Shown here: piece after piece, positions 1 to 11,902 of the stretch | Position numbering within the stretch: position 1 is the stretch's first letter | Layout of the letters: each line of letters starts with the position of its first letter | NCBI GenBank assembly: GCA_032654565.1 | Contig: JAULAX010000017.1 | Span: 448,001-512,000, forward strand | Length of the DNA: 64,000 nucleotides | Source of the DNA: Anaeromyxobacteraceae bacterium | GTDB taxonomy: Bacteria; Myxococcota; Myxococcia; Myxococcales; Anaeromyxobacteraceae | Direction: 5' to 3' | Made by a program: the position numbers and the translations under genes | The notes under the pieces: model-generated | Databases searched by the model: none | What the model was told of the DNA's origin: nothing | What the model saw: only the letters and a program-made list of their open reading frames with translations

Positions 1-1
1 C

Positions 2-1201
2 GATGGCACCGGCCGCGTCGCCCTGCCGGCGCGACAGCCAGGCCAGGCGGAAGCGGGCCTCGTCCACCTTGTCGCCGTCGGGGTGGCGCTGGACCACCTC
101 GAGGAGGGCCCGCCTGGCCTCGGCGTGGCGGCCGGCCCGGGCCAGCAGCTCGGCGGCGGAGACCAGGGCGTCGTCGGCCAGGGTGCTGGCGGGGTGCTCC
201 CGCGCGAAGCGCTGGTAGAGCGGGAGGGCCTCCTCGCGCGCCCCCTGCGCCTGCGCCGCGGTGGCCAGCACGAACAGGGCGCGGGTCCGCAGCGCCGGCT
301 CGACGCAGCGCTCGGCCACCGGCCGCAGCAGCTCGGCGGCCCGCCGGTGCTGTCGATCCCGCTTCGCGGCGCGCCCCAGGGCGGCGTGGACCCGGCAGGC
401 GAGCGGCTGGTCGACGGCCGGCGGGGGCACGGCCAGGAGCAGCGGCTCGAGCAGCGCCATGGCCTCGGCGTTGCGGTTCCGCTCCACCAGCCCCTCGGCG
501 CGGCGCACCGTGGTCTCCGGGTCGGGGTCGGCGCCCGCCTCGGCGGGGAGCTGCTTGAGCGCGGCCAGGCACCGCGGCGCCTCGGGCGCGATCGGGTGAT
601 CGGCCCAGCAGCGCAGCAGCGCGGCGCGGGCGGCGGCCGGCTCGGCGGGGACCAGGGCGGCCCGCAGCTCGCCGGCGAGCAGGAGCGCGGCGGCGGCCGG
701 GTCGGGACGCGCCGGATCGGCCGGCGGCGGCTGGTCGACGAGCCGGGCCAGCGCGGCCAGCGCCGGCGCCGGCGCCCCCCCGGCGGCCAGGGCCCGCGCC
801 TGGCGCACCTGGGCGTCGCCAAAGAGGACCGAGCTGGCCGGCAGGGCGGCGAAGGCCTGGGCCGCCTCGAGGTGCCGGCCGAGCGTCACCAGGCAGCGCC
901 CCCGGAGCGCCTGCAGCCGGTCGGCCAGCTCGGGGAGGCGGCGCCCCAGGCCGTCGCTGGTCTGCAGCGCCTCGGCGCAGGCGCCGGTGGCCTCCTCGGC
1001 GAGGGCCCGGAGGAAGAGGGCCCCGGGGGCCCGGTCGGCGCCGACCGCGGCCAGGGCCTCCGCCCCCTTCCCGGCGGTGAGCAGCGCCCCGGCCTCGGCC
1101 GGCCGGCCGGCCAGCAGGGGGGAGAGATCCCGCTCCAGCAGCGGGGCCAGCGGGGGCGACACGCCGACGGCGATGGCCAGCAGGATGGGGGTGACGGGCA
1201 T
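2..1201 (-). CDS. TPR-rich exported protein, N-terminal part, runs off the window; possibly a soluble lytic transglycosylase-type protein
   Basis: Manual translation from ATG at 1201 (MPVTPILLAIAVG...) is open to the window edge. Signal-peptide-like start and TPR-like helices (EEALPLYQRFAREHPASTLADDAL; RHPDGDKVDEARFRLAW). Not in the ORF track because there is no stop in the window. Confidence 0.7.
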   Translation of the reverse strand, partial: MPVTPILLAIAVGVSPPLAPLLERDLSPLLAGRPAEAGALLTAGKGAEALAAVGADRAPGALFLRALAEEATGACAEALQTSDGLGRRLPELADRLQALRGRCLVTLGRHLEAAQAFAALPASSVLFGDAQVRQARALAAGGAPAPALAALARLVDQPPPADPARPDPAAAALLLAGELRAALVPAEPAAARAALLRCWADHPIAPEAPRCLAALKQLPAEAGADPDPETTVRRAEGLVERNRNAEAMALLEPLLLAVPPPAVDQPLACRVHAALGRAAKRDRQHRRAAELLRPVAERCVEPALRTRALFVLATAAQAQGAREEALPLYQRFAREHPASTLADDALVSAAELLARAGRHAEARRALLEVVQRHPDGDKVDEARFRLAWLSRRQGDAAGAI

Positions 1202-1282
1202 CGGGGCGGTGAGCGTGCGACGGCGGTCCGGTCGGGTCAAGTCGGAGCCACGCCAGGGAGGGACGGGGTAAGCTGCCGGAGC

Positions 1283-3520
1283 GTGGACATCCGGACCCAG
1301 GCCGCCCTGCTCGCCGCCATCGTCACCCTGGCGCTGGCCGTGGCGGCGCTGCTGCGCGACAGCCGGCCGCGGGTCTTCACCGTCTTCGCCTTCCTGGCCA
1401 TCGACCTCTCGCTTTTCTCGCTGGCCCTCTGCTTCCTGCGCTGGCCCGAGTTCGGCGCCGCCGAGACCTGGTGGAACCGCCTCGCCGTCGCCTCCGGCTC
1501 GCTCATCCCCTCGGCGGCCCTGGCCTTCTACCTGGAGTTCCTCGGCGTGGCCCGGCGCCCCGCCCGGCGCGCCCGCAACGCCATGCTGGCCGGCTCGGTC
1601 GGCGGCCTGGTGGTGGCCGCCTCGCCGCTGATCCACGTCCGCCTGGCCCGCTTCGCGGTGGCCGCCTACGTCCTCTTCGGCCTCGCCGTGGTGGCCTCGG
1701 TGCTGGTCAACAAGCTCCGCTCCGCCGCCACCCGGATCGAGCGGGCCCGCCTCCGCTACCTCTTCATCGGCGCCCTGGTGGCCATGGTGCTCTCCACCGC
1801 CGAGGTGCTGCTGGCGCCCAGCTTCAACTACCCGGTGGAGGGGCTCGGCTCCATCAGCCTCACCATCTACATGTTCTTCCTGTCGCAGACCCTGCTGCGC
1901 CACCGCCTGCTCGACCTGCACGAGTTCCTCGGGAAGATCGTGGTGGTCACCGCCCTCGGCCTGGTGCTGGTGGTGGTCTACGGCGGCCTGGTCTCCTGGG
2001 TGGGCGACCGCCGCGAGCTCTTCTACTTCAACACCGTGGTCGCCTCCTTCGTGATCCTCTCCCTCTTCGAGCCCCTGCGCCACCGGGTCGAGGAGTGGGT
2101 GGTGGCCACGCTGTTCCGCGAGCGCTACGAGCTGGTGCGCAAGCTGGAGCTGATCCGCGACCGGGCCGCCTCGGTGATCGATCCCGCCGAGCTGGCGGTG
2201 ATCGTGCTCGACGGCCTGGTCGAGACCCGCCGCGTCACCCACGCCTCGCTCTGGCTGCTCTCCGAGGACCGCCCCGGCTTCCGGCCCATCGACTCGCGCG
2301 GCCCCGCCCCGGCCGCCTTCCTCGAGCCGGCCGCGGCCCGGGCCCTGATGGCCGCCGTCGCCGCCGGCCAGAAGGCCCTGCTGCTGGAGAACCTCGACCG
2401 GCGCATGGCCGACCTGCAGCGCCTGCTCCCCGCCGGGCCCGCCGAGGTGGTGGCCCGGTCCGGCCGCCTGGCGCTGGCGGCGGTGGAGGCCGAGCTGAAG
2501 CGGCTCGGCGACGCCCGGGCGGTGATGACCTCGATGAAGGCCGGCATCTGCATGCCGCTGGCGGCCGGCGATCGCCCGGTGGGCTTCTTCGCCTGCGGTG
2601 ACGAGCGGGTCCCCGAGGCCTTCGCCTCCGACGAGATCGCCGCCCTGCTGGAGGTCGCCGACCGCTGCGCGCTGGTGATCGAGAACTCCAAGCTCTACCA
2701 GCAGATGAAGGAGCGCGACCGCCTCGCCGCCATCGGCGAGATGTCGGCCGGCCTGGCCCACGAGATCCGCAACCCGCTGGCCGCCATCAAGGGGGCCATC
2801 CAGTACCTCGACCCGGCCACGCTGCCCGGCGAGGACCGCGAGTTCCTGGAGATCGTGGTGGACGAGGTGAACCGCCTCAACGGGGTGGTGACCCAGTTCC
2901 TCGACTACTCCCGCCCGCTCAAGCCGGCCCTCGATCCCGTCGACATCAACGAGGTGGTCTCGCGCACCCTGAAGCTGCTGCAGAGCGCCGTCCCGCCCGG
3001 CATCGAGCTGGTGGCCGACCTGGCCGGCGAGCCGCTGCGCGTCCTCTGCGACGCCGAGCAGCTCAAGCAGGTCTTCATCAACCTCACCCAGAACGGCTTC
3101 CAGGCCATGCCGCGCGGGGGCCGGCTGACGGTGAGCACCCTGGTGGTGCGCGACGAGCTGGCCTTCTGGCGCGAGGGGGCCCGCCGCCCCGACCAGGTGG
3201 AGATCCGGTTCCGCGACTCCGGGCCGGGCATCCCCGAGGAGGAGCGGGAGCGGATCTTCGTCCCCTTCTACACCACCAAGGAGAAGGGGACCGGGCTCGG
3301 CCTGGCCATCTGCCTGCGCCTGGTCAAGGCCCACCAGGGGACGCTGGTGGTGCGCTCCCCGCCGGGCGGCGGCGCCGAGTTCATCGTCGCCCTCCCCGCC
3401 CACCGCGAGGAGCGGCTCGAGCCCCCCAGCGCCGCCGGCCCCGACGACCAGCACCTCCGGCAGCGCCGGCGGGAGCGCGCCGAGGCCCGGCTCCGCAAGC
3501 GGAAACGGCGCAAGGGCTAG
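1283..3520 (+). CDS. Membrane sensor histidine kinase (multi-TM, GAF, HisKA, HATPase)
   Basis: H-box [10 protein letters not shown]-box [16 protein letters not shown] and [13 protein letters not shown]. Hydrophobic N-terminus begins at GTG 1283; the 83-1282 extension is antisense to the upstream gene. Confidence 0.9.
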   Translation: MDIRTQAALLAAIVTLALAVAALLRDSRPRVFTVFAFLAIDLSLFSLALCFLRWPEFGAAETWWNRLAVASGSLIPSAALAFYLEFLGVARRPARRARNAMLAGSVGGLVVAASPLIHVRLARFAVAAYVLFGLAVVASVLVNKLRSAATRIERARLRYLFIGALVAMVLSTAEVLLAPSFNYPVEGLGSISLTIYMFFLSQTLLRHRLLDLHEFLGKIVVVTALGLVLVVVYGGLVSWVGDRRELFYFNTVVASFVILSLFEPLRHRVEEWVVATLFRERYELVRKLELIRDRAASVIDPAELAVIVLDGLVETRRVTHASLWLLSEDRPGFRPIDSRGPAPAAFLEPAAARALMAAVAAGQKALLLENLDRRMADLQRLLPAGPAEVVARSGRLALAAVEAELKRLGDARAVMTSMKAGICMPLAAGDRPVGFFACGDERVPEAFASDEIAALLEVADRCALVIENSKLYQQMKERDRLAAIGEMSAGLAHEIRNPLAAIKGAIQYLDPATLPGEDREFLEIVVDEVNRLNGVVTQFLDYSRPLKPALDPVDINEVVSRTLKLLQSAVPPGIELVADLAGEPLRVLCDAEQLKQVFINLTQNGFQAMPRGGRLTVSTLVVRDELAFWREGARRPDQVEIRFRDSGPGIPEEERERIFVPFYTTKEKGTGLGLAICLRLVKAHQGTLVVRSPPGGGAEFIVALPAHREERLEPPSAAGPDDQHLRQRRRERAEARLRKRKRRKG

Positions 3521-3636
3521 AGCACCTCCCTCACCCCCAGCCCCGCTCCGGCCGGGGGCTGCGAGGTGCGCTCCAGGCGCGCGGGCGAGCCGCGCCGGCC
3601 TGCCCTCCCGGGCCGATCCGTGCTACCACCTTCGGC

Positions 3637-5055
<1,419 letters not shown>

Positions 5056-5092
5056 TCACCACCACCACCGCCCGGCGTCGGGGCCCTTCGCC

Positions 5093-5122
5093 TTGACCCC
5101 GCTCGGGCGCCGCTGCTAGCGT
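5093..5122 (+). promoter_or_regulatory. Putative sigma70 promoter
   Basis: TTGACC-N18-TAGCGT with an extended TG; GGAGGAG RBS before ATG 5148. Confidence 0.55.
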
Positions 5123-5147
5123 CGTCTCTCCGCACTGGAGGAGCTTC

Positions 5148-6467
5148 ATGGGCCGGCTTTCCGCCGTCATCACCGCCGCTTCGCTGCTCGCGCTGGCCAC
5201 CCCGGCCGGCGCCGCCGAGCTCACCCACGTCGCCACCGCGGCGGAGCCCGACAGCGCCTTCAACCTCGACTTCTCGGTCCGCTGGGAGCGGTCGCTGAAG
5301 CGGGCCACCATCACCCGGGAGAAGGCCACCGCGGCCACCGCCAGCGAGCCCTTCGGCCGGGTCGACGACGTGCCCGAGCTCTCCTACAGCGAGATCACCA
5401 ACCTCATCGTCCCCAGGCTGGCCTTCGGCGTCTACCAGGACGTCGAGCTCCACTTCGAGATGCCCTACTACCTCGGGCAGGAGGTCTCCTGGAAGTTCGC
5501 CAAGGGGATCGCGCTCGGGTCGGAGAGCTCCATCATCACGCCCGGCGTCGACGTCAATGGCGCCGCCTGCACCAACTGCCCGCTCTTCGACGCCCAGGCG
5601 CGCGACATCACCTCCTACCACGGGGGCGTCACCGGCGACCTCAAGGCCGGCCTCTCCTGGGGCATCCTCAACGACCGCAAGGACGACACCAAGCCGTTCC
5701 TGCTGGTGGGGCTGGACATCACCTTCCCCACCGCGGACCTCTACGATCCCTGGGCGGGGCGCGTCGCCACCGGGCCGACCTTCAGCGCGCCCAACTTCCT
5801 CCCCGCCAACCCGGCCCCCGTCGGCCAGAAGATCTGGAAGTTCGACCTCCAGACCGCGCTCTCCAAGCGGATGGGCCCCATCGAGCCCTACTTCAAGGCC
5901 CACCTGATGCTGCCGCGCCGCTTCTCCTCCACCTACTCCAACTGCGACCACGTCGCCGACGCCGCCAACGCGCCGCCCGGGACCACCGTCACCAGGACCA
6001 ACTGCGCCCTGCCCCAGTGGAAGGACGAGGCCGGGGCCAAGCTGCCGTGGATGACCGGGGTGACCTTCGGGACCGAGTTCATCACCCTCCAGGATCCGGT
6101 CGAGGGGCAGCGGATGGTCATCGACCTGCGCCTCAACGCCGAGTACACCTCGCGGGGGCGCTGGTACAACGAGCTCACCGACGCCACCGGCAAGCTGCTC
6201 TACACCGAGGGGTACATGCAGATCGGCGGGCTGGTCTCGCTGCTCTTCCGCGCCTCGAAGTACGTGGCGGTGCAGGGACAGGCCGGCTACGCCTTCGAGA
6301 CCTCGCACCTGCTGACCGGCGAGCCGCTCGGCACCGACTCGGCGGGGATCAACACCGCCGCCCAGAACCCCAACTTCGACTGGCGCTGGGACGCGCCGGG
6401 GCGCCGCTTCCGCATCACCAGCGCCGGGATCTTCTCCTTCCAGGTCGGCGGGATCCTCAACTTCTAG
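5148..6467 (+). CDS. Exported hypothetical protein, probable outer-membrane beta-barrel
   Basis: Strong RBS, signal peptide (…PAGAA), amphipathic beta-strands, C-terminal Phe (GILNF). Confidence 0.75.
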   Translation: MGRLSAVITAASLLALATPAGAAELTHVATAAEPDSAFNLDFSVRWERSLKRATITREKATAATASEPFGRVDDVPELSYSEITNLIVPRLAFGVYQDVELHFEMPYYLGQEVSWKFAKGIALGSESSIITPGVDVNGAACTNCPLFDAQARDITSYHGGVTGDLKAGLSWGILNDRKDDTKPFLLVGLDITFPTADLYDPWAGRVATGPTFSAPNFLPANPAPVGQKIWKFDLQTALSKRMGPIEPYFKAHLMLPRRFSSTYSNCDHVADAANAPPGTTVTRTNCALPQWKDEAGAKLPWMTGVTFGTEFITLQDPVEGQRMVIDLRLNAEYTSRGRWYNELTDATGKLLYTEGYMQIGGLVSLLFRASKYVAVQGQAGYAFETSHLLTGEPLGTDSAGINTAAQNPNFDWRWDAPGRRFRITSAGIFSFQVGGILNF

Positions 6468-6492
6468 GGGCCCGCGCCGGGGTGGCCGGCGC

Positions 6493-7356
6493 TCAGCCGC
6501 CCCGCTTCAGCCGCTCCAGCGCGTCGTAGACCTCGGCCCGCTTCAGGCCGCGCCGCCTCGCCACCTCGCGGGCGGTGACGCTGGGCGCCTCGCCCGCGGC
6601 CAGCCGCCGGCCCAGCTCCTCCTCCAGCGGCTCCTCGACGACCGGCGACGGCGCCTCGGCGGCGCCGGCCACCACGATGGTCACCTCGCCCTTCACCTCG
6701 CCGGAGAAGCGGGCCGCCAGGGCGCGGAGCGGCCCGCGGGCCAGCTCCTCGTGCAGCTTGGTCAGCTCCCGGCCCACCACCGCCACCCGGTCCCCCAGCG
6801 CCTCGGCCAGGTCGAGGAGCGTGGCGGCGGTCCGGTTGCCGGCCTCGTAGAGCACCAGCGTCGCCGGCAGCCCGGCCAGGAAGGCCAGCCGCTCCGCCCG
6901 CCCGCCCCCCTTGCGCGGCAGGAAGCCGGTGAAGAAGAACTGGTCGGCCGGCAGCCCCGAGGCCATCAGCGCCGTCAAGGCGGCCGAGGGGCCGGGGATG
7001 GGCACGATGCGGGCGCCGGCCTCCCAGGCGGCCGCCACCAGCGCCACGCCGGGGTCGGAGACGCCCGGGGTCCCGGCGTCGGTGCAGAGCGCCACGTCCT
7101 GCCCGGCCCGGAGCCGCTCCAGGATCGGCTCCAGCCGGCCGCGCTCGTCGAAGGCCGGCAGGGAGATCAGCGTGGGCGCCGCGGCCGCGAGGTGGGCGAA
7201 GAGCCGGGAGGTGCGGCGGGTGTCCTCGGCGGCCACCGCACCCACCGACCGCAGCGCCTCGGCGGTGCGCGGCGCCAGGTCGCCGAGGTTGCCGATGGGG
7301 GTGGCCAGCACGTACAGCGTGCCCATCCCCGGCGCCGGGCCCCGCTCCCCGCTCAC
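6493..7356 (-). CDS. rsmI: 16S rRNA C1402 2'-O-methyltransferase
   Basis: LYVLATPIGNLGD, AEDTR, DAGTPGVSDPG, GRELTKLHEE. Confidence 0.95.
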   Translation of the reverse strand: MSGERGPAPGMGTLYVLATPIGNLGDLAPRTAEALRSVGAVAAEDTRRTSRLFAHLAAAAPTLISLPAFDERGRLEPILERLRAGQDVALCTDAGTPGVSDPGVALVAAAWEAGARIVPIPGPSAALTALMASGLPADQFFFTGFLPRKGGGRAERLAFLAGLPATLVLYEAGNRTAATLLDLAEALGDRVAVVGRELTKLHEELARGPLRALAARFSGEVKGEVTIVVAGAAEAPSPVVEEPLEEELGRRLAAGEAPSVTAREVARRRGLKRAEVYDALERLKRGG

Positions 7357-7727
7357 GGGCAGGCCCGCCCCGAGGCGTCGAAGGCGCCCCGCACCAGCTC
7401 GAAGCGCGGCGCCTCGCCCTCGAAGACCACCGCCACCACGTCGAAGCGCAGGGCCTGCGCCAGGGCGCCGTTTCGCGCCGCCCAGTCGGTGGCCGCCGCC
7501 ACCACCCGCCGCGCCTTGGCGACCCCCACCGTCTCCAGCGGCGAGCCCTGGGCCAGGCTGGTGCGGCTCCGCACCTCGACGAAGCAGATGACCTCCCCCT
7601 CGCGGCAGATCAGGTCCACCTCGCCGCGCCGGGTGGCGTGGTTGCGCGCCAGGGTCTGGTAGCCGTGCCCGGCCAGCCAGGCCTCCGCCAGCGCCTCGGC
7701 CCGGCGGCCGCGGACCTGCCGCGGCAT
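7353..7727 (-). CDS. yraN: YraN (UPF0102) endonuclease-like protein
   Basis: GRRAEALA, GEVDLI, FVEVRSR, RFDVVAV. Start is ATG 7727 or GTG 7745. Confidence 0.9.
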   Translation of the reverse strand: MPRQVRGRRAEALAEAWLAGHGYQTLARNHATRRGEVDLICREGEVICFVEVRSRTSLAQGSPLETVGVAKARRVVAAATDWAARNGALAQALRFDVVAVVFEGEAPRFELVRGAFDASGRACP

Positions 7728-7741
7728 GGGCCCGGCCCCGG

Positions 7742-9598
7742 TCACGCCTGGTGATCCGCGGCTTCCCGGAAGGCCGGGTCGGTGGTGGCGTGGATCACCT
7801 GGCCGGGCTTGGCCAGCGCCTTGAGCAGCCGGCCGGCGGTGCGACGCACCGTGTCCGACAGGCCGGCGAAGGCGTCCTCCAGGAGGGCCACGGAGCGGCC
7901 GGCCGCCACCCCCTGCTCCAGCAGGGCCAGCTTGAGGGCGAGGAAGACCAGATCGCGCTCGGCCGCCGGCAGGGTCATGGCGGGGACCGACCTCCCCCCG
8001 GTGACCACCTGGACGTTGCCGCGGTCGTCGGCGCTCACGCCGGTGAGCCGGTTGAGGGTGAAGCCGGCCACGGCCTGGGAGGCGCGTGGGGCCAGCCCGC
8101 GGGCCACCGAGGCCGGGCTCCCGCCCAGCTCCAGCGCCGCCCGCTCCAGCAGGCCCCGCAGCGGCTCGCCGCCAGGGGCCGCCGCCACCGGGCGCGCCGG
8201 GGTCGGGGCCACCACCGCGGGCGGGGCCTGCGGCGCCTCTGCCTCGGCCTCCACCCGGGCCAGCTCGGCCTCGACCGCCTGGACCTCGCGGACGAAGCCA
8301 CCGGCCTGCTCGGAGAGGCGGGTCTCCACCGTCCGCAGCTCCTCCTCCACCCGGGCATGCTCGGCCAGGGCGTCGGTGGTCTGCGCGTCGGTCTCCCACG
8401 CGGCCAGCTGCTGCCGGGCCTCGACCAGGCCGCGCTCGGCGTTGGCCAGCCGCTCCAGGGCGTCCTTCAGCTCGGCCGGCTTGGTGAGCCCCAGCGACCT
8501 GAGGGCCTCGTGGACCACGCCGGCGTCCCGGGCGAACTGGGCCTGCACCTTGGCCTCCCAGTCGGCGACCACCTTGCTGCGCCGCCCGATCCGGCCCCAG
8601 GCCTCGTCGGCGTCGATCCAGCGCAGGGCCACCCAGGCCGACCAGCCGAAGGCCGGGAGGTCGAGCAGCGACAGGTAGCGCAGGTCGGAGTCCCCGGCGG
8701 CCAGGCCGGCCAGCAGCAGCCCCAGGCCGCCCAGCACCCCGGCCAGGAACGGCGGCGACGTCCAGAGGGGCGCCGGGGCGCCCCGGGCCTGGGCCTCGGC
8801 GATGGCCTCACGCTCGGCGCCGATGCGCCCCTCGGCCTCGGCCCGCTTCCCCGCCGACTTCTCGAAGGCGGCGAACCTGGCCGGGACGTCCCCCAGGGTG
8901 GCCGCCACGGCGGCCACCGGCTCCAGGGCGGCCCGCTCCCCCTCCGCCGTGGCCAGCGCCTCCTGCACCCGCTGGCCGCTCTTCAGGGCCTCCTCCAGCT
9001 TGAAGAGGCGGGACTGGGCGTGGTCGAGCTGCTCCTGCAGCTTCTCGGCGACCCGCGCCTTCTCCAGTTCGCCGCGCAGCTCCTCGACGCGCTTGCGCGC
9101 CTGCTGGCCGCTGAGCACCGGGCGCGCCGCCGACGGCAGGGCCGGCCCGCTGGCCAGCACGGCGCCGGCCTTGGAGGGGAGCTCGGCGGTGGCGATGGAG
9201 AGCAGCGCCGCCAGCCGCGCCGCCGAGGGGACGCCGACGGGCGCCCGCAGCAGCTGGGCGATCTCGGCCAGGTCCTGGGACACCGGCGCGAAGGCCCGCC
9301 GCTCCGGATCGAAGCGGTGGAGCTGGCAGCCGGCGCCGAAGTCGCGCACCAGCCGGTAGGTGACCCGGTCGTCCCCGACCAGGGTCAGGCCGGCGCGCAC
9401 CGGCCCGCCGCCGGTGGCGCCCTGGGCGCGCGCCAGGGCCTCGGAGTCGCCGGGGCTGGGGTAGAGCAGGGCCTCGAGCAGCCGGCGCAGGGCGGCCCCG
9501 TCGGCCGCCACCACGTTGTAACCCGGACGCAACGTGGCGCGGCCGCCGGTGGGGGCCACGCCACGGATTCCCTGGGCTGCAAACTCGAGGAGGAGCAC
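7742..9598 (-). CDS. SMC/SbcC/YhaN-like coiled-coil protein with a central TM hairpin and degenerate ATPase motifs
   Basis: ABC-head-like N- and C-termini, long coiled coils, two hydrophobic helices mid-protein. Confidence 0.75.
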   Translation of the reverse strand: MLLLEFAAQGIRGVAPTGGRATLRPGYNVVAADGAALRRLLEALLYPSPGDSEALARAQGATGGGPVRAGLTLVGDDRVTYRLVRDFGAGCQLHRFDPERRAFAPVSQDLAEIAQLLRAPVGVPSAARLAALLSIATAELPSKAGAVLASGPALPSAARPVLSGQQARKRVEELRGELEKARVAEKLQEQLDHAQSRLFKLEEALKSGQRVQEALATAEGERAALEPVAAVAATLGDVPARFAAFEKSAGKRAEAEGRIGAEREAIAEAQARGAPAPLWTSPPFLAGVLGGLGLLLAGLAAGDSDLRYLSLLDLPAFGWSAWVALRWIDADEAWGRIGRRSKVVADWEAKVQAQFARDAGVVHEALRSLGLTKPAELKDALERLANAERGLVEARQQLAAWETDAQTTDALAEHARVEEELRTVETRLSEQAGGFVREVQAVEAELARVEAEAEAPQAPPAVVAPTPARPVAAAPGGEPLRGLLERAALELGGSPASVARGLAPRASQAVAGFTLNRLTGVSADDRGNVQVVTGGRSVPAMTLPAAERDLVFLALKLALLEQGVAAGRSVALLEDAFAGLSDTVRRTAGRLLKALAKPGQVIHATTDPAFREAADHQA

Positions 9599-9655
9599 GC
9601 CCGTCGATGGTAGCGCCGCCGCCCTCCAACTGGAAGCGGGGCGCCCGGCGAAATG

Positions 9656-10039
9656 CTACGCCGGCCCGGGGACGGGAGCCGCCACGCCGGCGCCCTCGTC
9701 GTGGGTGAGGCGGGCCGCCTTGCCCTTGAGGTCGCGCAGGTAGAAGAGGCGGGAGCGGCGGACGTCGCCGTGGTTCACCACCTCGATCTTGTCGATGCGC
9801 GGGCTGTGGGTGGGGAAGATGCGCTCCACCCCGACGCCGTAGCTCACCTTGCGGACCGTGAAGTTGCCGCGGGGGCCGCCCTCGCGCTTGGCGATGATCA
9901 CGCCCTCGAAGATCTGGATGCGCTCCTTGTCGCCTTCCTTGATCTTGGTGTGGACCTTCACCTGGTCGCCCGCACGCAGCGCGGGGACGTTGGACTTCGT
10001 GTACTTCGCCTCGATGAGGGCAATCGCGTTACGCAGCAT
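9656..10039 (-). CDS. rplS: 50S ribosomal protein L19
   Basis: [30 protein letters not shown]. Confidence 0.98.
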   Translation of the reverse strand: MLRNAIALIEAKYTKSNVPALRAGDQVKVHTKIKEGDKERIQIFEGVIIAKREGGPRGNFTVRKVSYGVGVERIFPTHSPRIDKIEVVNHGDVRRSRLFYLRDLKGKAARLTHDEGAGVAAPVPGPA

Positions 10040-10068
10040 GGCCTGTCCTTCTCCTTGGAACCGCTCTT

Positions 10069-10815
10069 CTACAACTCGTCGTCGCCAGAGTCGAGGAGGA
10101 GTCTATCCTCCTCCGTCAGCCGGGCCCCCTCGAGGAGGTCCGGCCGTCGCTGCCGGGTGACGCGCAGCGCCTCGCGCCGCCGCCACCGCTCGATCCTCCG
10201 GTGGTCCCCCGAGAGGAGGATCTCCGGCACGCCCTGTCCCCGGAACACCGGGGGGCGGGTGTAGTGGGGGTGCTCGAGCACCCCGTCCAGCCCCGCGAAA
10301 CTCTCTTCTCCGGCCGAGGCCTCGTTGCCGAGCACCCCGGGCACCAGCCGCGCGGCCGCATCCACCACGCACAGCGCCGCCAGCTCCCCGCCGGTCAGCA
10401 CGAAGTCGCCGACCGACACCTCCAGGTCGATCGAGCCCAGCACACGCTCGTCGACGCCCTCGTACCGCCCGCAGACCAGGATGAGCCGCCCGTGCCCGGC
10501 CAGCCTCCTCGCCAGCCCCTGGTCGAAGCGGGCGCCGCGCGGGCTCATCAGCACCGCCAGCGCCCCGGGCAGCCGGCCCCTGGCCGCCTCGATGGCGGCG
10601 GTGAGCGGCTCGGGCTTCATCACCATGCCCGCCCCGCCGCCGTACGGCGCGTCGTCGGCGACCCGGTGCTTGCCCTCGGCGTGCTCGCGGATGTCCTCCA
10701 CCCGCACCGCGAGGAGCCCGCTCTCCTGCGCCTTCCCGAGGATGCTCTCCCCCAGGTACCCCGCGCACATGCGCGGAAACAGCGTCAGGATCTCGACCTC
10801 CAGCTTGGTTGCCAC
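10069..10815 (-). CDS. trmD: tRNA (guanine37-N1) methyltransferase
   Basis: [36 protein letters not shown]. Confidence 0.98.
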   Translation of the reverse strand: MATKLEVEILTLFPRMCAGYLGESILGKAQESGLLAVRVEDIREHAEGKHRVADDAPYGGGAGMVMKPEPLTAAIEAARGRLPGALAVLMSPRGARFDQGLARRLAGHGRLILVCGRYEGVDERVLGSIDLEVSVGDFVLTGGELAALCVVDAAARLVPGVLGNEASAGEESFAGLDGVLEHPHYTRPPVFRGQGVPEILLSGDHRRIERWRRREALRVTRQRRPDLLEGARLTEEDRLLLDSGDDEL

Positions 10816-10830
10816 GCCACCACCTCGTCC

Positions 10831-11343
10831 TCAGGAACCTTGCCCTCCTCCCGGCCCGTCCAGCAACCCGGCCGGCGGGTCCACCACGATTCGCTTCGCC
10901 TCCAGGTCCACCTCGACGTAGGGGGCGAGCGGGATGAGCGCCTCGCCCCTCGGGCCGGTCACCACCAGCACGTCCACGCCGCCGGTCTCGTACAGCCCGG
11001 TCACCGTGCCCACCACCTCGCCGCTCACCGTCACCACCGGCAGGCCCTCGAGGTCGGACCAGTAGTGGCTCCCCTCCCCGGCCTCGCCCAGTTCGTCCCG
11101 CTCCGCCAGCACCGTCGAGCCGACCAGCCCCTCGGCGGCGGTCCGGTCGGAGATCCCCTCCAGCAGCACCGCCCAGAGCTTGCCCTGGGGCCTGGCCTCC
11201 AGCACCGCCAGGCGTCGCTGCTGCCCGGCCCGCTCCAGCACCACCTGGCCCAGCCGGGCCAGCCCTCCGTCCGTGCCGCCCACCCCGACGAAGCCCTTGA
11301 GCCCCACCGCCCGCGCCACCCTGCCGATGGAGACCAGCGGCAT
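10831..11343 (-). CDS. rimM: Ribosome maturation factor RimM
   Basis: IGRVARAVGLKG, YWSDLEGL, PRC barrel, operon context. Confidence 0.93.
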   Translation of the reverse strand: MPLVSIGRVARAVGLKGFVGVGGTDGGLARLGQVVLERAGQQRRLAVLEARPQGKLWAVLLEGISDRTAAEGLVGSTVLAERDELGEAGEGSHYWSDLEGLPVVTVSGEVVGTVTGLYETGGVDVLVVTGPRGEALIPLAPYVEVDLEAKRIVVDPPAGLLDGPGGGQGS

Positions 11344-11346
11344 GGC

Positions 11347-11577
11347 TCAGTCGAGGATGTCGAGCACCGCGCGCCGGCCCTGCAGGCGGGCCGCGGTGTC
11401 GAGCACGGTGCGGAAGGCCTTGGCGGTGCGGCCGCCTCGCCCGATGACGCGCCCCAGGTCGTCGGGGGCCACCGTGAGCTCGAAGACCGTCGAGCGATCG
11501 CGCTCGATGGTCTCCACGGTCACGGCGTCCTGGTCTTCGACCAGCTCACGGGCCAGCCAGAGGACGAGGTCGCGCAC
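11347..11577 (-). CDS. khpA: KH-domain RNA-binding protein
   Basis: DDLGRVIGRGGRTAKA, located between rpsP and rimM. Confidence 0.92.
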   Translation of the reverse strand: MRDLVLWLARELVEDQDAVTVETIERDRSTVFELTVAPDDLGRVIGRGGRTAKAFRTVLDTAARLQGRRAVLDILD

Positions 11578-11591
11578 CGCCGCACCGGGCC

Positions 11592-11852
11592 TTACTTCGC
11601 GGCGACGGGCTTGGCCAGCTTGACCCGCTTGAGGAGCATCGCCACCGTCTGGCTGGGACGCGCCCCGGCGGCCAGCCAGTGCTGGACCCGCTCGGCCTTG
11701 AACTGGATGAGCGCCGGCTTCCGGGTCGGGTCGTACATCCCGACGTCCTCGAGGTACTTGCCGTCGCGCGGCTTGCGCGAGTCGGTCGCCACCACGTGAT
11801 AGAAGGGCGCCTTGTGCGTTCCCGCACGCGACAGCCGCAGAACAACCGCCAT
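11592..11852 (-). CDS. rpsP: 30S ribosomal protein S16
   Basis: MAVVLRLSRAG…PFYHVVATDSRKPRDGKYLE; GAGGAG RBS. Confidence 0.97.
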   Translation of the reverse strand: MAVVLRLSRAGTHKAPFYHVVATDSRKPRDGKYLEDVGMYDPTRKPALIQFKAERVQHWLAAGARPSQTVAMLLKRVKLAKPVAAK

Positions 11853-11902
11853 GTGAACCTCACTCCTCGGGCCGCGCGCTGGCGGGCTCCGAATAACGAC
11901 CG

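Noticed and set aside
83..1282. 400-aa N-terminal extension of the kinase in the ORF track
   Set aside because: Antisense shadow of the minus-strand TPR gene; the kinase-like hydrophobic sequence begins at GTG 1283.
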